NCBI GenBank assembly: GCA_030446545.1
Contig: JAUJNB010000012.1
Location: 8,913-72,912, forward strand
Length of the DNA stretch: 64,000 nucleotides
DNA from: Acidimicrobiales bacterium
GTDB taxonomy: Bacteria > Actinomycetota > Acidimicrobiia > Acidimicrobiales > CADCSY01
Direction: 5' to 3'
Notes under the pieces: generated by a model
What the model was told of the DNA's origin: nothing
What the model saw: only the letters and a program-made list of their open reading frames with translations
Databases searched by the model: none
Position numbers and translations under genes: made by a program
Shown here: positions 41,521 through 49,545 of the stretch, piece by piece
Layout of the letters: each line of letters begins with the position of its first letter
Position numbering within the stretch: the first letter of the stretch is position 1

Positions 41521-41841
41521 TCAGCAGTCGACGGCGTCGCCGAGGGCAGCACAGGCGGCCGCCATCCGGTCCGGACCGAGGGCGCAGATCCGTCGCGTGA
41601 GGGCGCCTTTGGGTACCACCCGGAGGTTGTCCAGGCTGACGACGCACTCCTCGGGCATGCCGTCGTGGTCCCCCAACGGGACCTCGGTGGCGATGCCCCG
41701 AACCGTCCTCGTGACCGGCGCGGCCAGCAGGGAGTGCAAGACGCCGATGGCCTGGTCGCGGGTCATGACCAGGAAGGGGCGACGGCCGGCGCCGGGGAGC
41801 TCGGCCCACCAGACCTCACCGCGATGTGGTGTGCTCACCAC
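41521..41841 (-). CDS. mazF: MazF/PemK-family toxin (type II TA)
   Basis: Intact 106 aa. RGEVWWAELPGAGRRPFLVMTRD..VTRTVRGIATEVPL..VSLDNL matches the PemK fold pattern. It overlaps the upstream RHH gene by 7 nt. Confidence 0.8.
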   Translation of the reverse strand: MVSTPHRGEVWWAELPGAGRRPFLVMTRDQAIGVLHSLLAAPVTRTVRGIATEVPLGDHDGMPEECVVSLDNLRVVPKGALTRRICALGPDRMAAACAALGDAVDC

Positions 41842-42101
41842 GGCTCCTCGACGATGGCCTGACGGAGAGAGGCCAGTGCCGCCGCGTCCTCTGCCGGGGT
41901 CGGGGGCACCCGGGTGTACCCCTCGATCAGGCTCTGGTCGACCCGGCGTCGCCGTTCGGCCTCGACCAGGGCCCGAACACCGGCCCGCACCGCCGCGGCT
42001 CGGTTGGCGTAGGTTCCCCGTCGAACCATGTCGTCGAGAGCGGTGAGGAGCTCGGCCGGCAGACGCACGGCGATCTGCTCCGTGCGCATGTCGAAGAGCA
42101 T
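41835..42101 (-). CDS. Ribbon-helix-helix antitoxin
   Basis: Intact 88 aa. QIAVRLPAELLTALDDMVRRGTYANRAAAVRAGVRALV is an RHH motif. Translationally coupled to the MazF-like gene. Confidence 0.7.
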   Translation of the reverse strand: MLFDMRTEQIAVRLPAELLTALDDMVRRGTYANRAAAVRAGVRALVEAERRRRVDQSLIEGYTRVPPTPAEDAAALASLRQAIVEEPW

Positions 42102-42150
42102 ACCGATTTGGGATGGCCGGGATTGGTTCTGACGTCGTGGTTGGCGAGGG

Positions 42151-43620
42151 CTAGGCCTCGGACTCCGACCGTCGGCTCAACAGCCACGCCCCGACCAGGG
42201 CCACGGCGGCCGAGACCACCAGAGGCCCGTCACCCAGTCGGGTGTAGAGGGTGTGGCCCCGGCGCCGCTCGATGTCGGTGGTGAGCACGGCGGGCCGGCC
42301 CAGGTCGCTCTGGCGGCGGACGGTCCCGTCGGGGGTGACCACGGCCGAGAACCCCGTGGGGGCGGCCTGGACGACGGCCCGGCCTGACTCGATGGCCCGC
42401 AGTCGGGCGGCTCCGAGCTCGAGGGCGGGCATCTGGGTGGTGGGGTAGGACGAGGCGTTGGTGGGGACCAGTACCACCTCGGCCCCCTGGTGCAGGGCGG
42501 CCCGCACCCGGCGGGGGAAGAACACCTCGAAGGAGATGACCACGCCCAGGTCGCCGGCGGGGGTGGCCAGGAGCCCCGGCCCCTCTCCGGGCACGACGTC
42601 GCGTGGCACTGCCGACACGTCGGCGAAGCGCGCGACCAGCGGCCGGAAGGGGATTCGCTCACCGAACGGCACCACCTGGAGCTTGCGGTAGCGGTCGAGC
42701 AGGGCGCCGTCCGGCCCCCATGCCGCGGCCAGGTTGTGGCGCACGTCGCCCCGGCTCTCGCTCACCCCCGAGACGATGGTCAACCCCAGACGTCGGGCCA
42801 GATCACCCACCTCCCGGGAACGGGGCGAGTCGGCGATGTCGCCGTCGACCCGTATCCCGTCCTCGGGCCACAGCACCAGGTCGACCCCGTCAGCCAGCTC
42901 CTCGGTCGCGGTCATCAGCGCCGGCAGCCCGGGACCCGAGGATCCTTCGATGGCCCGCATGCCGCGCACTCCGCCGGTTTGGACCACGGCCAGGTCGAGC
43001 GTTCCCGCCACCCGGCCTCGGGGAGCGAGGACGCCGGCGAGGCTGAAGACGACGACGACGGCGCCGGCCACCGCCCCCGCCCGCCATCGTCGCCGGGCCA
43101 GCGCCGCCAGGCCGGTGCCGGCCACCCCCACCAGGGCGGCCACGACGAGACTGCCACCCAGCCGGGCGGCCTCGGCCAGGGGCCCGCCGATCTGGGTCTG
43201 GGCCAGGGTGGCGATGGGCACCCCTCCGAAGGGCCAGAAGCCCCGGAAGGCCTCGACCAGCACCAGGGCGGCGGGCAGGCCCAGGACCTTGCCCCTGCCC
43301 CCGGGGGCGACGGCCACGGCCAGGGCGAACAGGCCGGCCTCGACGGCCACGCCCAGGGCGAAGCCCACCAGGTGGAACTCGGTCAGCCACACCAGGCCGG
43401 GACCGAGGAAGCCGAGCCCCGACACGGCCCCGACGACCAGGCGCCGTAGCAGGCCGGCCCGGTGGAGCGAAGCGGCCAACAGCCCGGCCCCGACCAGGGC
43501 GAGGGGCCACCAACCGAACGGTGGGAGCCCGGCACTGAGCAGCACACCGGCCACCAGGGCCAGCCCGAGTCGAGCCCAGCGGTGCGCGCCGGCGTCGTCC
43601 GCTCCGGGCGGGGCGTCCAC
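42151..43620 (-). CDS. lnt: Apolipoprotein N-acyltransferase
   Basis: Intact 489 aa. N-terminal multi-TM domain, then a CN-hydrolase domain (LVLWPE, KLQVVPFGE, VVISFEVFF, LVPTNASSY) and a C-terminal TM. Confidence 0.9.
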   Translation of the reverse strand: MDAPPGADDAGAHRWARLGLALVAGVLLSAGLPPFGWWPLALVGAGLLAASLHRAGLLRRLVVGAVSGLGFLGPGLVWLTEFHLVGFALGVAVEAGLFALAVAVAPGGRGKVLGLPAALVLVEAFRGFWPFGGVPIATLAQTQIGGPLAEAARLGGSLVVAALVGVAGTGLAALARRRWRAGAVAGAVVVVFSLAGVLAPRGRVAGTLDLAVVQTGGVRGMRAIEGSSGPGLPALMTATEELADGVDLVLWPEDGIRVDGDIADSPRSREVGDLARRLGLTIVSGVSESRGDVRHNLAAAWGPDGALLDRYRKLQVVPFGERIPFRPLVARFADVSAVPRDVVPGEGPGLLATPAGDLGVVISFEVFFPRRVRAALHQGAEVVLVPTNASSYPTTQMPALELGAARLRAIESGRAVVQAAPTGFSAVVTPDGTVRRQSDLGRPAVLTTDIERRRGHTLYTRLGDGPLVVSAAVALVGAWLLSRRSESEA

Positions 43621-43631
43621 CCCGGTGTCCC

Positions 43632-44348
43632 TCAGGGGCCGACGGACCTCGGTGGGGAGGTGGGGGCCAGGTCGACCACCTCGGCCAGGGCCAGGCGGAC
43701 CACGTAGCGGTACTGGGCCGACCCCGGGGGATGGCAGGCGAAGAGGGTGGCGGTGGGCTCGGGGGTCTGGTCCACGATGCGCATGGCGTCGGGCGTGACC
43801 ACTTCGTGGCCGGTCACCCGGTAGGTGGACCGCTCGGCGCCCACGGTGAAGATCACGGCATCGCCGGCTTCGAGCTGGTCGATGTTGCGGAAGGGGCCAC
43901 CGGCGGTGACGCGGTGGCCGGCGACGACCACGTTGCCCGGGTCGCCGGGCAACGCCGTTCCGGGCCAGTGGCTGGGGCCCCGGTCGATGGAGTTGAGCGA
44001 GATGCCCTGGTTGAGCGGGGAGGCCAGACCGAGCCGGGGGATCTCGATGGTGCCCAGGATGACCACGGGCTCGGGCGCGTAGGGGTCTTCGGGCGGGTCG
44101 ACCGGCGTGGGCAGTCTTGGCGGCGCCGGAGCGGTGGCGGGGGGCACCGGGGGCGGGTCGTCGTCATCGTCATCGTCGAAGAGCCCCAGCCCCAGCCCCA
44201 GGGCCGTGACCCCTCCCGCCGGTGGCGTGGGATCACCGCTTCGGGCCAGGCCGGCGAGACCGGCCGCCTGCCCGGCCAGGGTGGCGGCCAACAGCACGCA
44301 GGTGAGGGGCAGGAGCCCCCGACGGACCAGGAGGCGGAAGCGGGTCAC
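43632..44348 (-). CDS. Sortase (class E-like) transpeptidase
   Basis: GTG start VTRFRLLVRRGLLPLTCVLLAATLAG (anchor). Poly-Asp/Pro linker. Catalytic His in VVVAGHRVT, Cys in TLFACHPPGS, Arg in YRYVVRL. Confidence 0.85.
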   Translation of the reverse strand: MTRFRLLVRRGLLPLTCVLLAATLAGQAAGLAGLARSGDPTPPAGGVTALGLGLGLFDDDDDDDPPPVPPATAPAPPRLPTPVDPPEDPYAPEPVVILGTIEIPRLGLASPLNQGISLNSIDRGPSHWPGTALPGDPGNVVVAGHRVTAGGPFRNIDQLEAGDAVIFTVGAERSTYRVTGHEVVTPDAMRIVDQTPEPTATLFACHPPGSAQYRYVVRLALAEVVDLAPTSPPRSVGP

Positions 44349-44451
44349 TGGCGCATGGTAGGGGCTCGGGGCGCCCGCGGGGTAGCGAGAGGACAAGGAG
44401 CACGACAGACGTCGGCAACCTGCCGGAAACGGTGACTGGCAACACTGTCTC

Positions 44452-45615
44452 ATGGCCGGTGGAACGACGGGGCCGATCGCCGCTCAGGCCCCCTTGGTGG
44501 GCTTCCGCGTGGGGATCGCCGCCCACCGGGGGGGACTGGAGCAGGCTGACGCCCTGCGGGCCGCAGGAGCGGAGCCGGTGCTCGGCGCGGTGGTGGGTCC
44601 CCTGCCCCCGGCCCTGGCCGAAGCGCTGGAGGCCGCCACCGAGGACGTGGTGGCCCGTCCCCCCTCGGTCGTGGTCCTCACCTCCGTGGCCGGAGCGGAG
44701 GGATGGTTGAGCTCGGCGGAGGGCGAGGGTGGCGACGCCCCGCTGCGGGAGGTGCTCGCCGGCGCCACCGTGGTGGCCCAAGGCGACGCCACCGCCGAGG
44801 CGGCGGCGGCGCTGGGCCTGGCCCTGCGGGGAACGTTGCCCCTTGCCGTGGTCGACGCCCGGGCCCAACTCGATCGGCTGACGGGTGGCCTCACCGGGGC
44901 CCGGGTGGCGGTGCAGACCGAAGCCGGGCCGGGGCCTGTCCGTCCGCCGATCGACCTGGTGGCCGGCCTGGTGGCGGCGGGGATCGACGTGGCCGAGGTC
45001 GCCGTCCCGGCGGCCACACCGGCCGAGGACCCGCAGGCGGCCCGGCGACTCGTCGAGGCGGTGGTGGAAGGCCGGGTCGACGCGGTCACCTTCACCGCCC
45101 CCGACGAGGTGCGTGCCTTCGCCCGTCTGGCCGAGCACTGGGGTGCCTGGGACGAGGCCCGGACGGTGCTCGGTGAGGTGGTGGTGGTGGCGTGCGTGCG
45201 CCGCTCGTGCGTGGGAGCCGCCACCTCGGTGGGGATCAGGAGCGTGGTCCGGCCCCAACGCCCCCGGGTGGGGGCCATGGTCGACGTGCTGGGCGCCCGC
45301 CTGGAGACCAACGTGGTGTGCCTGGAGCTGGGGGGGGTCCCGGTGGTGCTCCGGGGGGCGCTGGCCCAAGTCGACGGTGAGGAGGCGTGGTTGACCGAAC
45401 GCGAGCGGAGCCTGCTGTGGACCCTGGCCCGCCGGCCCGGCATGGTGGTGGCCAAGGCCGAGTTGTTGCGCCGGGTCTGGCGGTCCGACGGCATCGACGG
45501 CATCGACAGTCACGCCGTGGAGGTGACCGTCGCCCGGCTCCGCCGTCGCCTGGGTGTGGCCGGTGTCGGCCTTCAGACGGTTCCCCGCCGGGGCTACCGC
45601 CTGGTTCCGGGCTAG
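44452..45615 (+). CDS. Uroporphyrinogen-III synthase-like (HemD) domain fused to an OmpR/PhoB-type winged-helix DNA-binding domain
   Basis: Intact 387 aa. The C-terminus LTERERSLLWTLARRPGMVVAKAELLRRVW...HAVEVTVARLRRRLG..LQTVPRRGYRL is Trans_reg_C. The N-terminal two-lobe Ala/Val-rich domain is HemD-like. The architecture matches M. tuberculosis Rv0260c as I recall it. Confidence 0.8.
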   Translation: MAGGTTGPIAAQAPLVGFRVGIAAHRGGLEQADALRAAGAEPVLGAVVGPLPPALAEALEAATEDVVARPPSVVVLTSVAGAEGWLSSAEGEGGDAPLREVLAGATVVAQGDATAEAAAALGLALRGTLPLAVVDARAQLDRLTGGLTGARVAVQTEAGPGPVRPPIDLVAGLVAAGIDVAEVAVPAATPAEDPQAARRLVEAVVEGRVDAVTFTAPDEVRAFARLAEHWGAWDEARTVLGEVVVVACVRRSCVGAATSVGIRSVVRPQRPRVGAMVDVLGARLETNVVCLELGGVPVVLRGALAQVDGEEAWLTERERSLLWTLARRPGMVVAKAELLRRVWRSDGIDGIDSHAVEVTVARLRRRLGVAGVGLQTVPRRGYRLVPG

Positions 45616-45862
45616 ACCACGACGCCGTACGGGCTGGCCGAGATGGGGATGACGAGGTCGACGTCGCTGACCCGGACCTACTCCCCGCCCCGCACTTCGG
45701 CGCGTCTACCGAGCGGGCGTGGTGATCCCCTCCATGCGCAAGCGAGCGGTGGACCTCCGGGGCGAGCTGGTGATCGCCGCCCTCCCCGACGGGGAACGAG
45801 GCTGTCGGCCACCTTCCCCCTCGACGCTAACGTGGCTTCGAATTGACTTCTGGGGGGGTGCG

Positions 45863-46261
45863 GTGTTCGATCCTGGCGTTCCTCATCCCGGCTTGCGGCC
45901 AGAGCCCCTGCAGTTCCCGTTGGCGGCGGCCCGAGCGGCGATGGCTGCCATCAGGGCCAAGATCGAGGACCTCGCATCCTTTCGGGCCGGCCACGGCGAC
46001 GCTGCGGCCGAGGCTCGGGTGGGATTCGAGGGAAGAGCCCGCCAGGGTTTCGACCGAGCCTTCGAAGATGGGATGGCCGACATCGATCACTCTCGACGCC
46101 AACTCGAGGACGACCTGGATGATCTGGAACGGCTGGTCGCCGAGGCGCAGCGAGCCATCGAAGCTCGCGCCGACGAGATCGTCGGATGGCAGCAGCGGTT
46201 GGATGCCTGGAACGAGGCCATGACGGTGACGCTCGAATCTCTCGACCGAGCCCGCCCATGA
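45863..46261 (+). CDS. Small all-helical protein, WXG100-like or toxin-helper candidate (start uncertain: GTG 45863 or ATG 45939)
   Basis: Coiled-coil-like sequence with a central GFEGRARQGFDRAFE, reminiscent of W-x-G..F. Its stop overlaps the next gene's ATG (ATGA at 46258-46261). Lower GC than the flanks. Confidence 0.4.
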   Translation: MFDPGVPHPGLRPEPLQFPLAAARAAMAAIRAKIEDLASFRAGHGDAAAEARVGFEGRARQGFDRAFEDGMADIDHSRRQLEDDLDDLERLVAEAQRAIEARADEIVGWQQRLDAWNEAMTVTLESLDRARP

Positions 46262-47241
46262 GCGAGCGGATCAGTGGTGACCCGGATCGCCTGGAGTCCT
46301 ATTCGGCGCGCACGCTCGCCATGGTCGGGTGGGAACGCGGTTCGGTTGCCGAGTACTCCCACGCGCTGGGAAGGTTCCTGGAGGCCGAACCCAACGACTT
46401 CGGTGACGGTGGGGTGGTCGACCGGACGGCGCAGTTGGAGCGGCTCGTGGACGGCTTCGAGGCCCTGGATGCCCAGCCGGAGGCCTTCGCCTTCGCCCTG
46501 CGCCAACTGGACCGTACCAGCGCCGAGGTCCTGTCGACCATCGACGCCGAGACGTTCTCGACCCTCGTCGCCCAACAACTGGCCGAGGAGCTCGAGCCGG
46601 ACGGCGGACTGTCGGGGGCCGACCTGGCGACACTGGTCCTGGACCTGATCGGGATGTTCGACCCCACGCCCATCGCCGACGGCGCATCGGGACTGTTGAG
46701 CCTGTTCCGGGGGGAATGGGCCCAGGCCGGGTTGTCGGTGGCGGCCATGATCCCCTACCTCGGCGACGCCGGCAAGGTCTTGAAGTTCGGGAAGATGCTG
46801 GAGAGGTTCCAGCACCTGGCCAAGGTGTCCGGTGACACGGCCAAGCTCGAGAGGATCCTGAAGTCCCTCAAGCATGTCGATTGGAAGAACCCGGGCAAGC
46901 TCAACGAGGCATTGGGAACGATGAACCGCCTGGCCGGTGACGCCGCCAAGCGGTACCGCGACCCGAAGGTGCTGCAAGCTGCCCAGAAGCGAGGCCTTCC
47001 CACCGAAGGACCGGTTCCCTTCGTGCCACCCAAGAAGTGGGACGCCAAGAATCCGCCCACCGAACCGTTCCGGACGCCGGGCGGATTGAAATGGGGCACC
47101 AGGGACGCCTACGGCAACGGTTGGGTGTGGGATCCCCACAAGATGGAGTGGGACGTGCAGATCGAGTCCGACAAGTTCGGGCTGTTCTCCCCCGACGGCA
47201 GGCACGCCAATATCTCGTCCGAAGGGCACGTGACCCACTGA
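46258..47241 (+). CDS. Modular toxin-like protein: helical N-terminal domain, Gly-rich hydrophobic linker, ~100-aa basic C-terminal module
   Basis: Intact 327 aa. The linker LIGMFDPTPIADGASGLLSLFRGEWAQAGLSVAAMIPYLGDAGKVLKFGK resembles pre-toxin linkers. The C-terminus reads GNGWVWDPHKMEWDVQIESDKFGLFSPDGRHANISSEGHVTH. Its stop overlaps the next ATG (TGATG). Confidence 0.5.
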   Translation: MSERISGDPDRLESYSARTLAMVGWERGSVAEYSHALGRFLEAEPNDFGDGGVVDRTAQLERLVDGFEALDAQPEAFAFALRQLDRTSAEVLSTIDAETFSTLVAQQLAEELEPDGGLSGADLATLVLDLIGMFDPTPIADGASGLLSLFRGEWAQAGLSVAAMIPYLGDAGKVLKFGKMLERFQHLAKVSGDTAKLERILKSLKHVDWKNPGKLNEALGTMNRLAGDAAKRYRDPKVLQAAQKRGLPTEGPVPFVPPKKWDAKNPPTEPFRTPGGLKWGTRDAYGNGWVWDPHKMEWDVQIESDKFGLFSPDGRHANISSEGHVTH

Positions 47242-48104
47242 TGCCCTACCGCACGGACGACGTCGTGGCCCACGTGCGGCTGCACCTGGCCGCCTCCAGC
47301 CTCACCGAAGTGCTCCATCGATGCTGGTCCCTCATCGAGGAGTTGCCGGCGGTCGGAATGGAGGCGGCGCCCGTTGCACCGGACATCTACCTGGTCAAGT
47401 TGGTTCTCGTCGAGGAGTCCCGGGACGAAGAGAGCAGTGTCGACGCCTTGCGCCGCGTGGCGATCCCACTGCTGGCCAGGTTCGACCTGGGTGAGGAGTA
47501 CTTCGTGCTCGACGAATCCCAGCGAAAGACCCTGGGAGCGTCCGTCTACTACCCGGAGCTCGTCGCCGAGCTGGTGGAGGGGTGTGAACAGGTGGTCCTG
47601 GGGGTCTGGATGGGAGATTCGGTCGATGACTTCTACGACACGGTCGAGTCCCTGGACATCGACGAAGGGGAGCAACCCCAGATCGACGAGTCCGATCTGG
47701 TGGAGCTGGGTCAGTTCCTCGAACAGATGCACGCCACCAAGGTCCTTCTCGTGGCCGACATCGTTGCTGTCGACGGCATCGAGGCTCGTGACCAGATCCG
47801 CAGCCTTGCCGCCCGCGTCTGCTCCGAACCCCTGGTCGGCGAACCGACGCTCGGGCCCGACGGCAGCATCCGGGTCGAGGTCGCGGTGGGGATGTCCGAC
47901 GACGGTCCCGACGAAACGTATCGGGAGGTCGTCGCCCAGCTCGACCTGTCGGGTTGGGACGTGGTGGAGCGCACACCCAGCCTGGTGCGGGCGGTGTGGT
48001 CCTCGCCACAACCGACCGCTGGTGTCGCTCGCCTGGAACTGCGGATCGGCCCGGACGTGGGCGTTCGTAGCGACGGATCGCCACCCGTGCCGAGCGGCTC
48101 CTAG
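47241..48104 (+). CDS. Acidic cytoplasmic protein, putative cognate immunity protein
   Basis: Intact 287 aa, translationally coupled to the toxin-like gene. Very acidic (runs of D/E). No signal peptide and no recognisable family. Confidence 0.4.
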   Translation: MPYRTDDVVAHVRLHLAASSLTEVLHRCWSLIEELPAVGMEAAPVAPDIYLVKLVLVEESRDEESSVDALRRVAIPLLARFDLGEEYFVLDESQRKTLGASVYYPELVAELVEGCEQVVLGVWMGDSVDDFYDTVESLDIDEGEQPQIDESDLVELGQFLEQMHATKVLLVADIVAVDGIEARDQIRSLAARVCSEPLVGEPTLGPDGSIRVEVAVGMSDDGPDETYREVVAQLDLSGWDVVERTPSLVRAVWSSPQPTAGVARLELRIGPDVGVRSDGSPPVPSGS

Positions 48105-48175
48105 CTGGTGAGGCTGGTCAGTTCGCCAGACCCGGTCAGGGCGGGCCCAGGCCAGGTTGGGGAGCCGCTCCAGGG

Positions 48176-49545
48176 CTACCCGGGAGCGCGCAGGTAGCAC
48201 CACCACGTGAGCAGCATGCACGAGGCGTAGAAGGCGATGAAGGCGATGAAGGCGGCCTGGGGCCCGCCGGTGGTGTTGGTGGACAGGCCGAAGCCCTGGG
48301 GGATGAGGAAGCCGCCGTAGGCGCCGATGGCCGAGATGATCCCGAGGGCGGCCGCGCTCTCCCGGCGGCCGGACGTGGCCACGGCCGCGGCGTCCACCAC
48401 CGCGCCGGCCTCGGTGGCTTGGCGCTCGAGGTGGGCCCGGAAGATCACCGGCACCATCCGGAAGGTGGAGCCGTTGCCCACCCCGGTGGCCACGAAGAGC
48501 ACCAGGAACATGGCCAGGAACCCGGCGAAGGCCCAGGACTGGTCCTTGTTGGCCAGGAAGAAGAGCACCCCCACCACGGCCGTGCCCATGACCCCGAAGT
48601 TGGCCACGGTGACCCGGGCGCCGCCCAGCCGGTCCGCCAGCCACCCCCCGGCGGGGCGGGAGATCGAGCCCACCAGGGGGCCCAGGAAGGCGTACTTGAT
48701 GGCGTTGGGGTCGGCGAACTGGCCCTTGATGAGCAGGGGCAGGCCGGCCGAGTAGCCGATGAAGGAGCCGAAGGTGCCGACGTAGAGCCACGACATGGTC
48801 CAGGTGTGGCGCCGGCGGACCACTGCGGCCTGGTCCCGGAACGAGGAGCGGGCCGTGGACAGGTTGTCCATGAAGCGCCAGGCGCAGAAGGCCGCAGCCA
48901 GGATGAAGGGGATGAGCATCAGCCCGATGTTCTGCAGGTGCAGGGCCCCGTCGGCGCCCTGGTTCCCCCCACCACAGCGAGGGCACCGGCGGTGACGGCG
49001 AAGGGGGCCAGGAGCTGGAGGACGGCCACCCCGAGATTGCCGCCGGCGGCGTTCAGGCCCAGCGCCAGGCCCTTGCGGGCGTTGGGGTAGAAGAACGAGA
49101 TGTTGGCCATGCTGGAGGCGAAGTTGCCTCCGCCGAGGCCGGCGGTGGCCGCCGCCGCCAACAGCGCCCAGTAGGGCGTCGACGGGTTGGCGACCATGAT
49201 CACGAGCAGGGTGGTGGGGATCAGCAGGAGCAGGGCGCTGACGATCGTCCAGTTGCGGCCGCCGAAGCGGGGCACGGCGAAGGTGTAGGGGAAGCGCACC
49301 GTGGCGCCCACCAGGTTGGGCACAGCCACGAGGGTGAAGAGCTGGCCCGACGAGAGGTCGAAGCCGGCGTCGTTGAGGCGGATGGCGACCACGCTCCAGG
49401 TGAGCCACACCGAGAAGCCCAGGAACTCGGCGAAGATCGACCACACCAGGTTCCGCCTGGCCACCTTCTGGCCGATCGTGGCCCAGAAGGTCTCGTCCTC
49501 GGGGTCCCACTGCTCGATCCAGTGCGAACGGCTCATGTCAGCCAC
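48176..49545 (-). CDS. narK: MFS nitrate/nitrite transporter NarK (one apparent frameshift in a 6-nt homopolymer at 48965-48970)
   Basis: WDPEDETFW..NLVWSIFAEFLGFSVW..GGRNWT..GGGNFASSMANISFFYP..GLNAAGGNLG, then GTFGSFIGYSAGLP..GGWLADRLGG..ATGVGNGSTF. Overlaps the nirA stop by 8 nt. Confidence 0.9.

Noticed and set aside
45616-45862. A possible gene remnant between the HemD-OmpR gene and the toxin-like cassette (short peptide-like readings such as ..RVSDVDLVIPISASPYGVVV on the minus strand, and a 9-nt agctggtga string present at both cassette flanks).
   Set aside because: The readings are interrupted by stops after about 20 codons and match nothing I recognise. A 9-nt repeat is too short to call an insertion target duplication.
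47109-48986. A 625-aa minus-strand ORF covering the immunity-like gene and part of narK. Similar long out-of-frame ORFs occur elsewhere (12917-14725 plus strand, 14669-15841 minus strand, 876-1949 minus strand, 3658-4866 minus strand, 30183-31661 minus strand).
   Set aside because: All are Arg/Pro/Gly/His-rich with no motifs. All overlap genes that have clear homology-type signatures in another frame or on the other strand.
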